Source: Dehalococcoidia bacterium (GTDB lineage Bacteria > Chloroflexota > Dehalococcoidia > Lucifugimonadales > JAGWBF01). From it: 24,000 bases of DNA. A model generated the notes under the pieces. That model saw only the letters and a program-made list of their open reading frames with translations, was not told the DNA's origin and did not search any database. The number at the start of each line of letters is the position of its first letter. Positions within the stretch are counted from its first letter, which is position 1. The stretch covers positions 1,178,968-1,202,967 of the forward strand of contig OZ244824.1 in the NCBI GenBank assembly GCA_965220375.1, written 5' to 3'. Made by a program: the position numbers and the translations under genes. Below, piece by piece: positions 8,842 to 16,657 of the stretch.

Positions 8842-9342
8842 ATGCAGGCTTGGGTGGTCCGCGCAGGAGGGAAGGATCCTGAGGGAGGAAAGGATCAACC
8901 CTCCGTTGCGAAAGACTTTTGGAAGGCTTCGGTTGCCGCCATCGGTTGGGGGATCGGCGATTTGTCTCAAGCCAGCAATAGGGAAGAAATAGAGGCCAAA
9001 CTTCAATTCAAGAATTCGGGCTGGAGCAATTCCAAAATGGGGAACATAACTGGAAGTATCCACCGCTTTGTCCTTGAAATCAGCGTAGGGGACCTGATAG
9101 TCACGCCGGAGCCATTCGGCGGAAGTGATGTTTTGATCGGATATTGTGCAGGCCCTTATGAATACCAACCAGGGTTGATAAAGGACTGTGATGATGCGAG
9201 AAAAGTGAATTGGCAAAAAAAGATTACTAGGGGCAGCCTCTCGGGGCCGCTACGTAGGTCGCTGGTTCCAGGATTGACAGTTTACAACATAAGCAAGCAC
9301 ATCGAAGAGATACAGAACCTGCTGATTAAGACCAAAGACTAG
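8842..9342 (+). CDS. Hypothetical beta-rich protein resembling the N-terminal sensor/reader module of some Mrr-type restriction enzymes (island gene 4)
   Basis: 166 aa; ATG preceded by GGAGAGAG. The pattern is MQAWVVRAGG ... AAIGWGIGDLS ... ISVGDLIV ... LIGYCAGPYEYQP ... RKVNW ... LTVYNIS. From memory, this matches the N-terminal module fused to Mrr-cat nuclease domains in many bacterial 'restriction endonuclease' proteins. An EVE/PUA-like fold is only an inference. Confidence 0.5.
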   Translation: MQAWVVRAGGKDPEGGKDQPSVAKDFWKASVAAIGWGIGDLSQASNREEIEAKLQFKNSGWSNSKMGNITGSIHRFVLEISVGDLIVTPEPFGGSDVLIGYCAGPYEYQPGLIKDCDDARKVNWQKKITRGSLSGPLRRSLVPGLTVYNISKHIEEIQNLLIKTKD

Positions 9343-9383
9343 GACCATCCCGCCGGTGGGAACCGCCAAATACAGGAGGAGAT

Positions 9384-10670
9384 ATGCTTACCCACGAGGA
9401 TAACGAGATCCTGACCCGCACCAATGCAGGCACCCCGTTGGGTGAGGCGATGCGGCGCTACTGGATACCCGCCTGCCTCTCCAGCGAGTTACCTGAGCCC
9501 GACGGCCCGCCCGTCCGGGTAAGGCTCCTGGGGGAGGACCTGATCGCCTTCCGGGACACTTCGGGACGGATAGGACTTCTCGACGAATTCTGCGCCCACC
9601 GGCGCACCTCCCTGTGGCTGGGGCGCAACGAAGAGTGCGGCCTCAGGTGCGTCTATCATGGCTGGAAATACGATGTGGACGGGAACTGCGTCGATATGAT
9701 GAACGAGCCTGCCGAGAGCAGGCTCAAGGATGAGGTGCGTCTCACCGCCTATCCAGCCGTCGAGATGGGCCAGGTGGTTTGGGCCTACATGGGGCCGAAA
9801 GATAGGATGCCGGAACAGCCCAGGTTCGAGTGGACCCAGGTGCCGGACACCCACCGGCTGATCACCAAGAACCGGCAGGAGTGCAACTGGCTGCAGGCCT
9901 TGGAGGGAGGCATAGATACCGCCCATGCCCCCATCCTCCATCGACTGATCACCAAGGACACCAATCGCGTGGGCATCGGGGCAGACACAGAACTGGTCAA
10001 CGCCAAGCCTCCCACCCTGGAAGTGGACATCACCGACTACGGGTACCGCTACGTCGGCCTTCGGGATGTGGCAAACGACTCAGTCCTGGTCCGCACCTAC
10101 CACTTCATCATGCCCTTCCACCAGATACGGCCCCAGCAGCTCCGTTTTCGCGGGGGAGATTGGCACAACATCATCGCCGGCCATATGTGGGTGCCCACCG
10201 ACGACCAGAACGTCATGATTTACAACTGGATATACAGCTTCGACGAGCATCCCCTGATCATAGGGGAGGAGATCGAGCGGGAGCTGGGCAGGGGACCGGG
10301 AGACCTGGGGCCGGACTTCCTGAGCAAACGGAACAAGGGCAACAGCTGGATGATCGACCGCCAGGTGCAGAAGAACGAGAGCTTCACCGGCATAGAGGGC
10401 ATCAACACCCAGGACCAGGCGGTGCAGGAGGCCATGGGGGCCGTAGTTGACCGCTCCCTGGAAGTGCTCTCGACCAGTGATATGGCGGTGGTGAGCGCCC
10501 GGCGCCTCTTGTTGCAGGCTGCCCGCACCGTTGCCGACGGAGGGGACCCTCCCGGCGTGGGAACCAGCTACTACGGCGCCAGGGCGATTGATGAGGTCAT
10601 CCCCAACGACCGAAAGTGGCGGGACGTGATGCTCCCGAAGATGTACGCCGAGTCGAGGGGACAAAGCTAG
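9384..10670 (+). CDS. Rieske [2Fe-2S] aromatic ring-hydroxylating oxygenase, alpha subunit (phthalate-family type)
   Basis: Rieske motif CAH-x16-CVYH (CAHRRTSLWLGRNEECGLRCVYHGW). A downstream catalytic-domain motif (NWLQALEGGIDTAHAPILH) carries non-heme iron ligand-like His residues. AGGAGGAG RBS sits before the ATG. Confidence 0.9.
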   Translation: MLTHEDNEILTRTNAGTPLGEAMRRYWIPACLSSELPEPDGPPVRVRLLGEDLIAFRDTSGRIGLLDEFCAHRRTSLWLGRNEECGLRCVYHGWKYDVDGNCVDMMNEPAESRLKDEVRLTAYPAVEMGQVVWAYMGPKDRMPEQPRFEWTQVPDTHRLITKNRQECNWLQALEGGIDTAHAPILHRLITKDTNRVGIGADTELVNAKPPTLEVDITDYGYRYVGLRDVANDSVLVRTYHFIMPFHQIRPQQLRFRGGDWHNIIAGHMWVPTDDQNVMIYNWIYSFDEHPLIIGEEIERELGRGPGDLGPDFLSKRNKGNSWMIDRQVQKNESFTGIEGINTQDQAVQEAMGAVVDRSLEVLSTSDMAVVSARRLLLQAARTVADGGDPPGVGTSYYGARAIDEVIPNDRKWRDVMLPKMYAESRGQS

Positions 10671-10672
10671 CG

Positions 10673-10703
10673 CCCTCTCCAAGTGGCCTACCTCAGGAGA
10701 GGG
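10673..10703 (+). terminator. GC-rich hairpin just after the Rieske gene stop (CCCTCTCC-N15-GGAGAGGG), no U-tract
   Basis: Perfect 8-bp stem read directly, starting 3 nt after the TAG at 10668-10670. The lack of a T-run makes intrinsic-terminator function uncertain. Confidence 0.4.
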
Positions 10704-10804
10704 TACTACACGCGGCATTGCCCGCATAGCACCCCTGGAGTGCGGTCCGAAGCCGCAGCCGGGGGCTGAGCGGAGGCCCGAGGACTGGCGCCCTCAAAGT
10801 AGTA

Positions 10805-10839
10805 GAAACCCAGGACTAAGGACTGCCGTCCTGGGTCTT
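10805..10839 (-). terminator. Rho-independent terminator of the DUF5679 gene
   Basis: On the minus strand: ACCCAGGAC-GGCAGTCCTTA-GTCCTGGGT, a perfect 9-bp stem (10808-10816 / 10828-10836). It is followed by TTTCTACTACTTT and begins about 10 nt after the stop codon. Confidence 0.6.
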
Positions 10840-10845
10840 CAGGCA

Positions 10846-10986
10846 CTAGGCTTTGCCGATTCGATAGACCTTGGTACCGCAGGTTGAGCAGGTGCCCTGG
10901 GTTGCCGGTCGGCCGTTCTTCAGGGTTACCGGATGGGCATCCTTAATTTCTTTCTTACCACGGCACTTGAAGCAATAAGCATCCAT
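10846..10986 (-). CDS. DUF5679-type small zinc-ribbon protein (46 aa), not in the supplied ORF track
   Basis: Hand translation gives MDAYCFKCRGKKEIKDAHPVTLKNGRPATQGTCSTCGTKVYRIGKA. It has two CxxC pairs, GGGAGGG 7 nt upstream of the ATG, and its own terminator. The sequence pattern matches the DUF5679 family as I remember it. Confidence 0.8.
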   Translation of the reverse strand: MDAYCFKCRGKKEIKDAHPVTLKNGRPATQGTCSTCGTKVYRIGKA

Positions 10987-11153
10987 AGTCTTTCCCTCCC
11001 ATCAGTCACAGCTACACTCTAGCTATAACTAGCATACATAATATTTCTTGTCAAGAAGTTGGAAGGCTAGCAATTAACAGATTTGGGTCGAAAAGGGCCA
11101 GCAGGGGTGTGCTCTGTAGCTAGGCAGCCGGGATGGGATGGCGAGGTAAGCCC

Positions 11154-12113
11154 CTAATTCCCGCCGTGCAGCCGGGAAGCGTAAGGGGAGGGAGCATCCA
11201 GGTTGAACAGCTTGTGGGGCAGCCATTGGTTCTTGGGAAGGTCGAAGGACACCACTCCCACGAAGCGCCCGTCCTGGGAATAGGCCCTGTACCGCTCCAT
11301 GTAACGAACATAGGCGCCGATGCTGCGGGGCAGCGCCACAGGCTGCCCCGCCCTCAGCAGCCTCTCGGCGTCCCGGCCAATCGTCAGGCCCTTCAGCTCC
11401 AGGAGGGGGAAGTCCACGTCATACATGTGGCGTTGCCATTCATCCCGGGTCTCCTGGGAAAGGTCTTCAACGGATATTGCGTCATCGGACCTGAATGCGC
11501 CGGACCGGGTGCGTACGAGGCCGCTTAGGTAGGCCCCGCAGCCCAGGGCTTGGCCAAGATCATGGGCCAGGGATCTCATGTAGGCCCCTCTGCCGCTTTC
11601 GGCAATCAGCACCAGGGATGGGGATGTGAACTCCAGTATCTCCAGCCTGTGGATCTCCACGGAGCGAGGCTGCCTCTCCACCTCTATCCCGGAGCGGGCC
11701 AGCTTGTACAAGCGCTTGCCCTCCACCTTGAGAGCGCTGTACATGGGAGGCACCTGCTGGATGGTGCCCCTGAAGGCCTTTAGCGCATCCTCAACCATCT
11801 CCAGGGTGAGCTGGGAGGTGGGCGCCCTTTCCACCACATCCCCTTCTCCGTCGTAGGTGGTCGTGGTGGCGCCCAGGTGCACCTCCATGCGGTACTCTTT
11901 TCCGCTATCTACCAGCAGCTCCATGAGGCGGGTCGCCTGGCCGAAACATATGGGCAGCACCCCTTCGGCTTGGGGGTCAAGGGTGCCGCCGTGGCCTACG
12001 CGCTTCCGGCGTCCCGTATGCTGCTTGACCTGGCGCAGGACATCCATGGATGTTGGCCCGGTGGGCTTGTAAATGTTCAGGAACCCATTGACGGGACTGA
12101 TGTTGTTATTCAT
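11154..12113 (-). CDS. truB: tRNA pseudouridine(55) synthase
   Basis: GHGGTLDPQAEGVLPICFGQATR catalytic-Asp motif. A PUA-like C-terminus is present. The ATG overlaps the rbfA stop as ATGA (12110-12113). Confidence 0.92.
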   Translation of the reverse strand: MNNNISPVNGFLNIYKPTGPTSMDVLRQVKQHTGRRKRVGHGGTLDPQAEGVLPICFGQATRLMELLVDSGKEYRMEVHLGATTTTYDGEGDVVERAPTSQLTLEMVEDALKAFRGTIQQVPPMYSALKVEGKRLYKLARSGIEVERQPRSVEIHRLEILEFTSPSLVLIAESGRGAYMRSLAHDLGQALGCGAYLSGLVRTRSGAFRSDDAISVEDLSQETRDEWQRHMYDVDFPLLELKGLTIGRDAERLLRAGQPVALPRSIGAYVRYMERYRAYSQDGRFVGVVSFDLPKNQWLPHKLFNLDAPSPYASRLHGGN

Positions 12114-12472
12114 GTCATCTGGGGTGAGGGTCCGTCACCCACCTTGTCCATCAGCTTGAGTATATGCTCAGCTTCGTCCAGGGACTCGTCCAGGTAGTAA
12201 GTAAGCTCCGGTACCTGCTTCAGGGTCAGGCGGGAGCGGAGCTCCTTACGAATAAATCCGCTGGCTGACCCCATGCCCTTGAGCACCATGTCCTTGGCAT
12301 CCCGGCTTCCCATGATACTAACGAACACCTTGGCATAGTGCAGGTCCTCGGAGGTCTCGACCCGTGTGATTGTGACCAAGCCCGACAATCGAGGGTCGTT
12401 GAGGTCCCGGGACACAAGCTGGCTTATCTCCTGGCGTAGGATGCCGTTGATGCGGTCGGTGCGCCTGGTCAT
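12110..12472 (-). CDS. rbfA: Ribosome-binding factor A
   Basis: 120 aa with the typical RbfA N-terminus (RINGILRQEISQLV ... VTITRVETSEDLHYAKVFVS). It sits in the conserved position between infB and truB. Confidence 0.92.
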   Translation of the reverse strand: MTRRTDRINGILRQEISQLVSRDLNDPRLSGLVTITRVETSEDLHYAKVFVSIMGSRDAKDMVLKGMGSASGFIRKELRSRLTLKQVPELTYYLDESLDEAEHILKLMDKVGDGPSPQMT

Positions 12473-12540
12473 GGGTGGGCTTTCCTATAGCGAGGGTAGT
12501 CCGGGATGAAGGAGGGATGTGAAGAGGCTCGGGGTGGCAG

Positions 12541-14382
12541 TCAGCCCCGTCCCTTCTCCTGTCGGTAGGATTCCAGCACATCCCCTTCCTGGAACTCGGT
12601 GTAGTTGCCAAGCCCGACGCCGCACTCATACCCGTTGGCTATCTCGTTCACCTCTTCCTTGAAGTGGCGAAGACTGGAGATGGTGCCTTCGTGGACGACC
12701 TGGCTGTCCCTGGTTACGCGCACTAGGGAACCGCGGGTGATCCGTCCATCGGTAACCATGCAGCCCGCTATCTTAAGCCTGCGACCCATGGGGAAGATGG
12801 CCCGAATTGCCGCGCGGCCCTGCACAACCTCGTGGTATGTGGCGTCCAGCATGCCGGCAAGGGCCTTTTCTATATCTTCGATGAGATGGTAGATGATGCC
12901 ATAGTGCCGTAGTTCGACCCCTTCCCGGTCGGCCATTTTATCTATGCCCGGCTGAGTGGTGGTGGTGAATCCGATGACTATAGCCTTGGAAGCGGAAGCC
13001 AGAAGGATGTCGCTTTCGGTGATGGTCCCGCTGGCTGCATGGAGGATTCGTACCCGGGCCGCAGCTTCGTTAAGTTGCTCCAGGGCTTGGGAGACGGCCT
13101 CCACGCTGCCTTGAACATCGGCTTTCAAGACCAGGTTTAGCTCCTTGACCTCGCCCGAATCCATCCTTGTTCGGAGCTCTTCCAGGGTCAAAGCCCGCAT
13201 GCTGACGCGCTCAGTCTCTTTTTGACGCAGGCGCTCGTCTTGCAGGTCCCTGGCGGCCTTTTCGCTGCTCGCCACGGTGAAGACATCCCCGGCTTCGGGC
13301 AGGCCGCTGAAACCCATCATCACTACGGGCGTGGATGGACCGGCTTCTGTTATCCTCACGCCCACGTCGGAAACCAGGGCCCGCACCCGGCCTCCAGTCG
13401 TGCCTGCGGTGACATAGTCTCCTATCCGCAGGGTACCCGACTGCACCAAGAGGGTCGCTAGGGGTCCCCGGTTCTTGTCCAGCTTGGCCTCCACGACTGT
13501 TCCCGTTGCCGGCTTTGCGGGGTCTGCTTTGCATTCGGATATCTCGGCCACGGCCAGGATGTTTTCCAGCAGCTCGTCGATGCCGTCGCCCTTCAAGGCG
13601 GAGACCGGGACCACGATGGTGTCGCCGCCCCACTCTTCCAGGAGCAACCCCTGTTCTCCAAGCTGGCGTTTCACCTTGTCGGAGTCGGCGTCCGGCCTGT
13701 CCATCTTGTTGACAGCTACGATCAAGGGAACCTCCGCAGCCTTGGCATGGTCCAGGGCTTCCACCGTTTGAGGCATCACCCCGTCGTCGGCTGCCACCAG
13801 CAGCACCGCCACGTCGGTAACCTGCGCTCCCCTGGCCCGGATAGCGGTGAAGGCTTCGTGACCCGGCGTATCCAGGAAGGTGATATCCTGGTCGTTGTAG
13901 GTAACGGTGTAGGCGCCGATGTGCTGGGTAATTCCCCCGGCTTCCGATGCGGTAATCTTGCTTTTGCGTATGGTGTCCAGCAGTGTGGTCTTGCCGTGAT
14001 CCACGTGACCCAGAATGGTCACCACGGGCGGCCGTGCCTCTAGCGTGGAGTCGTCCACAACTCCCTCGGCGTCCGTCCCCGTGCCGGCGCTGGCAGCGGT
14101 GTGCTCCTCCCGCTTTGTCTTGATACCGAAGGCCGACGTGACCAGGGTTGCAACGTCATAGTCAATCAGCTGGTTCATGGAAGCCATGATGCCGTTCCGC
14201 ATCAGCTGCTTGATGACATCCACGGAACTGAGTTGCGTGATCTCTGCGAGCCTCTTGACCGACAAGGTGTCCGGGATAACGTACACCTTAGAGGCGGCTT
14301 TGCGGGTGGGGGAGCGCTTATCCCCCCGGGGGCCGCGCCTACCTGCATCAGCAGTGGAGGTACGTCGTTCGGTAGATGTCAT
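12541..14382 (-). CDS. infB: Translation initiation factor IF-2
   Basis: GTPase motifs GHVDHGKTT, DTPGHEAF and NKMD. I moved the start to the ATG at 14382 (MTSTERR...), which overlaps the ylxR stop as ATGA. The track start at 14529 would run through the ylxR coding region. Confidence 0.92.
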   Translation of the reverse strand: MTSTERRTSTADAGRRGPRGDKRSPTRKAASKVYVIPDTLSVKRLAEITQLSSVDVIKQLMRNGIMASMNQLIDYDVATLVTSAFGIKTKREEHTAASAGTGTDAEGVVDDSTLEARPPVVTILGHVDHGKTTLLDTIRKSKITASEAGGITQHIGAYTVTYNDQDITFLDTPGHEAFTAIRARGAQVTDVAVLLVAADDGVMPQTVEALDHAKAAEVPLIVAVNKMDRPDADSDKVKRQLGEQGLLLEEWGGDTIVVPVSALKGDGIDELLENILAVAEISECKADPAKPATGTVVEAKLDKNRGPLATLLVQSGTLRIGDYVTAGTTGGRVRALVSDVGVRITEAGPSTPVVMMGFSGLPEAGDVFTVASSEKAARDLQDERLRQKETERVSMRALTLEELRTRMDSGEVKELNLVLKADVQGSVEAVSQALEQLNEAAARVRILHAASGTITESDILLASASKAIVIGFTTTTQPGIDKMADREGVELRHYGIIYHLIEDIEKALAGMLDATYHEVVQGRAAIRAIFPMGRRLKIAGCMVTDGRITRGSLVRVTRDSQVVHEGTISSLRHFKEEVNEIANGYECGVGLGNYTEFQEGDVLESYRQEKGRG

Positions 14383-14681
14383 TGGGCGCCTCTCGCCAGA
14401 GCCAACTCTATCTTGTCCTTGAAGTAGCTCTGAAGATTTTCCTTGTCTTCCTTCGTCATTGTCGCGCGAAGAACATGGTCCAACCGGTTCTTGGCAAGCC
14501 CGCGGTCCCAGCACGGGGGATTGGGGCAAAGGTAAGCGCCTCTCCCGGAAACCTTCCCGGTGGGATCCACCTCGACCCTGCCTTGGGGGGTGCGCACTAT
14601 GCGCACCAGCTGACCCTTGGGCACATGTTCGCCGCAGGCAGCACAGTTCCTGAGCACCGGCCGCTTCGTGCGTGCCGTCAC
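14379..14681 (-). CDS. ylxR: YlxR/RnpM family (DUF448) RNA-binding protein
   Basis: Has the RNCAACGEHVPKGQLVRIV ... GRGAYLC signature. GTG start at 14681 lies 11 nt after GGAG and 13 nt after the nusA stop. The track start at 14957 lies inside nusA. Confidence 0.85.
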   Translation of the reverse strand: MTARTKRPVLRNCAACGEHVPKGQLVRIVRTPQGRVEVDPTGKVSGRGAYLCPNPPCWDRGLAKNRLDHVLRATMTKEDKENLQSYFKDKIELALARGAQ

Positions 14682-14694
14682 GTCCCCGGCGCTC

Positions 14695-16290
14695 CTATCT
14701 CTCTTCCACTCCGGTGCGGGCCTTTTTGCCCCGTGCACCCTTTCTGCCTTTGCTGGAGCCCTGGGACCCTCGTCCTCTCCGGCCCCCGCCCCCACCGCGG
14801 AATTCGCCCAGGATGTCTTCGGCGAACCGTATCTGTCCGGCCCCGGCAGCCACTGCCGGAAGGTTCCACACCTCGGCCTGGATATCCTGGCCGGCGTCTT
14901 CCTCGTCTTCGTCCTCTTCGTCGGGCTCGACTTCCTCCTCCAGCTCCTCAAGGGCAAGCAGGGCCAGCTCCTCGGGGCTCAGCCCCGAGTCCTGGATTTC
15001 AACGCTCTCTTCGGTCGGTTCATCTGGAGGCAGAGCCTCCACCGGGGCAGCAGAGACCACCTCCAGCTCCGATGCGACCGGGCTGGTAGCCGCCTCCAAC
15101 TCCTCAAGGGTCATCTCTTCGATGCCAAGGGCTTCTTCGGCCTGGACAAGCTCGCCTTCCGCTATGGGGGCATCGGGCGCCTCGACAACGCTGCCCGCGG
15201 CTGCGGCCTGGCGGGACTCCGCCGTGGCTTGACGCTCGGCCCTCAGGGTCTCCCACTCCGCCATGCTCAGGATATCCAGCCGGTAGTTGGTGAGCTTGGC
15301 GGCGAGTCGTGCGTTCTGGCCCTCTTTCCCGATGGCCAGGGACAATTGGCGTTCCGGGACTACCACCAGGGCCGAGCCTTCCTGGTCGTTTATCTCGACG
15401 TGGACGACCTCCGAAGGGCTCAGGGCATTGGCCATGAACACCTTCGGGTCCTTGTCCCACCGGACCACGTCGATCTTCTCTCCCTGGAGTTCGTTGACTA
15501 TGCTCTGGATGCGGTTCCCCCGCATCCCGATGCAGGAGCCCACGGGGTCGATCCCTTCCTGTCGCGAGGTAACGGCCACCTTGCTTCGTGAGCCGCCCTC
15601 CCGGGAGATGGCCTTTATCTCCACCACCCCGTTGAACACCTCGGGCACCTCGATTTCAAAGAGGCGCTTCAGCAGGTTCTTGTGGCTGCGCGACACCAGT
15701 ATTTCAGGCCCCTTGGCTGAGCGGCGCACTTCCATCACGTACACCTTGAGGCGCTGCCCTTTCCGGTAGCGTTCGGTGGTCACCTGTTCCTCGGGAAAGA
15801 GCACAGCTTGCGCCCGCCCCAAGTCGATGACCACCACCCGCCCGGGCTCTATCTGGTCAACGACGCCGGAGACAACATCGTCGGTGCGGCTGATGAACTC
15901 GTCGAACACCAGGTCCCGCTCCACCTCCCGGAGCCTTTGCAGGACTACCTGCTTGGCGGTCTGGGCGGCTATGCGGCTGAACTGCAATGATAGCGCCTCG
16001 GTGGCTATCTCTTCACCAACCTCGGCATCGGGCTTCAGCTTGCGGGCGGTAGCGAGGCTCATCTCTCGTTGGCTATCTTCGACCTCTTCAACCACCAACT
16101 TCAGGGCGTACACGCTTACCGGTTCGCCGCTGCTGGGATTCAGCTTGACCGAGATGTTCTGCCCCACGTTCAGGCTATCCTTCTTGAATGCTGAAGCTAG
16201 GGCAACCTCAATTGCTTGCACCACCTGCTCCCTGGGAAGGTGGCGCTCAGCTGCCAACTGGGTAAGAGCAATCAAAAAATCGCTTTTCAT
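14695..16290 (-). CDS. nusA: Transcription termination/antitermination factor NusA with long acidic plus RGG-rich C-terminal tail
   Basis: NusA N-domain, S1 and two KH regions (GSRSKVAV ... [17 protein letters not shown] ... [16 protein letters not shown]) fill residues 1 to about 345. The remaining ~186 aa are low-complexity and end in [29 protein letters not shown]. Confidence 0.93.
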   Translation of the reverse strand: MKSDFLIALTQLAAERHLPREQVVQAIEVALASAFKKDSLNVGQNISVKLNPSSGEPVSVYALKLVVEEVEDSQREMSLATARKLKPDAEVGEEIATEALSLQFSRIAAQTAKQVVLQRLREVERDLVFDEFISRTDDVVSGVVDQIEPGRVVVIDLGRAQAVLFPEEQVTTERYRKGQRLKVYVMEVRRSAKGPEILVSRSHKNLLKRLFEIEVPEVFNGVVEIKAISREGGSRSKVAVTSRQEGIDPVGSCIGMRGNRIQSIVNELQGEKIDVVRWDKDPKVFMANALSPSEVVHVEINDQEGSALVVVPERQLSLAIGKEGQNARLAAKLTNYRLDILSMAEWETLRAERQATAESRQAAAAGSVVEAPDAPIAEGELVQAEEALGIEEMTLEELEAATSPVASELEVVSAAPVEALPPDEPTEESVEIQDSGLSPEELALLALEELEEEVEPDEEDEDEEDAGQDIQAEVWNLPAVAAGAGQIRFAEDILGEFRGGGGGRRGRGSQGSSKGRKGARGKKARTGVEER

Positions 16291-16403
16291 GATGCCTTCT
16301 GCTCCCTTAGAAGGATGGGGCTCGCGGTGGGTGCTGTTTCTACTCTATGCCTTCACCCCCGGGCATTCTGTCACCGCAAAGCGCCTCCCTGTACCTAATG
16401 GAA

Positions 16404-16423
16404 AGCCCCGATAAATCGGGGCT
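16404..16423 (-). promoter_or_regulatory. Leader hairpin upstream of nusA (possible attenuator)
   Basis: The minus-strand RNA reads AGCCCCGA-UUUA-UCGGGGCU, a perfect 8-bp stem, followed by UUCCAUU. It lies about 115 nt upstream of the nusA ATG and downstream of the candidate promoter. Confidence 0.35.
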
Positions 16424-16449
16424 CCCAACGAGGTCGAGCGTGTACAAAC

Positions 16450-16479
16450 ACTATAACATCCAACGCCATCCGATTGCAA
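16450..16479 (-). promoter_or_regulatory. Candidate sigma70-type promoter of the nusA operon
   Basis: On the minus strand: TTGCAA (16479-16474), an 18-nt spacer, then TATAGT (16455-16450), which forms an extended -10 TGTTATAGT with the preceding TGT. This is hexamer matching only. Confidence 0.3.
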
Positions 16480-16552
16480 CCAGCCCCCTAGCCATTGACA
16501 GCAGGAACCGGCCAATTATTCCCACCCTGGGTACGGGCGGCCTCAGTCCAGC

Positions 16553-16582
16553 TTGCCCACCTTCAGGCAGGCGGTCTATAAT
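16553..16582 (+). promoter_or_regulatory. Candidate promoter of the LLM oxidoreductase gene
   Basis: TTGCCC (16553-16558), an 18-nt spacer, then a perfect TATAAT (16577-16582). It lies 76 nt upstream of the ATG at 16658. Confidence 0.35.
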
Positions 16583-16657
16583 CTGACCAAAGAGGGCACA
16601 TAGGCTCCGGCATCGAAGACCGGCGCGCATCCACCGCGCAGAGGAGAGCGTTCCACC

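Noticed and set aside
8563-9216. 217-aa minus-strand ORF inside the low-GC island
   Set aside because: It overlaps two plus-strand ORFs that have good Shine-Dalgarno sequences and coherent motifs. Its own product has no recognisable features and no RBS.
7714-9361. Short direct repeat CGGTGGG at both island edges (7715-7721 and 9355-9361) as possible att-like target duplication
   Set aside because: It is only a 7-mer match, which is expected by chance in 24 kb of GC-rich DNA. No integrase, tRNA or longer flanking repeat supports it.
10704-10803. Possible structured ncRNA between the two convergent terminators (6-bp TACTAC/GTAGTA ends, small internal GC stems)
   Set aside because: The complementarity is short and imperfect, and there are no promoter or conservation data. 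I cannot distinguish it from random GC-rich spacer by eye.
14383-14529. N-terminal extension of infB (track start 14529), and likewise the ylxR extension to 14957 and the M16 peptidase extension to 1507
   Set aside because: The extensions run through upstream coding regions. Internal starts at 14382, 14681 and 1399 give canonical protein N-termini, ATGA coupling or good RBS spacing.
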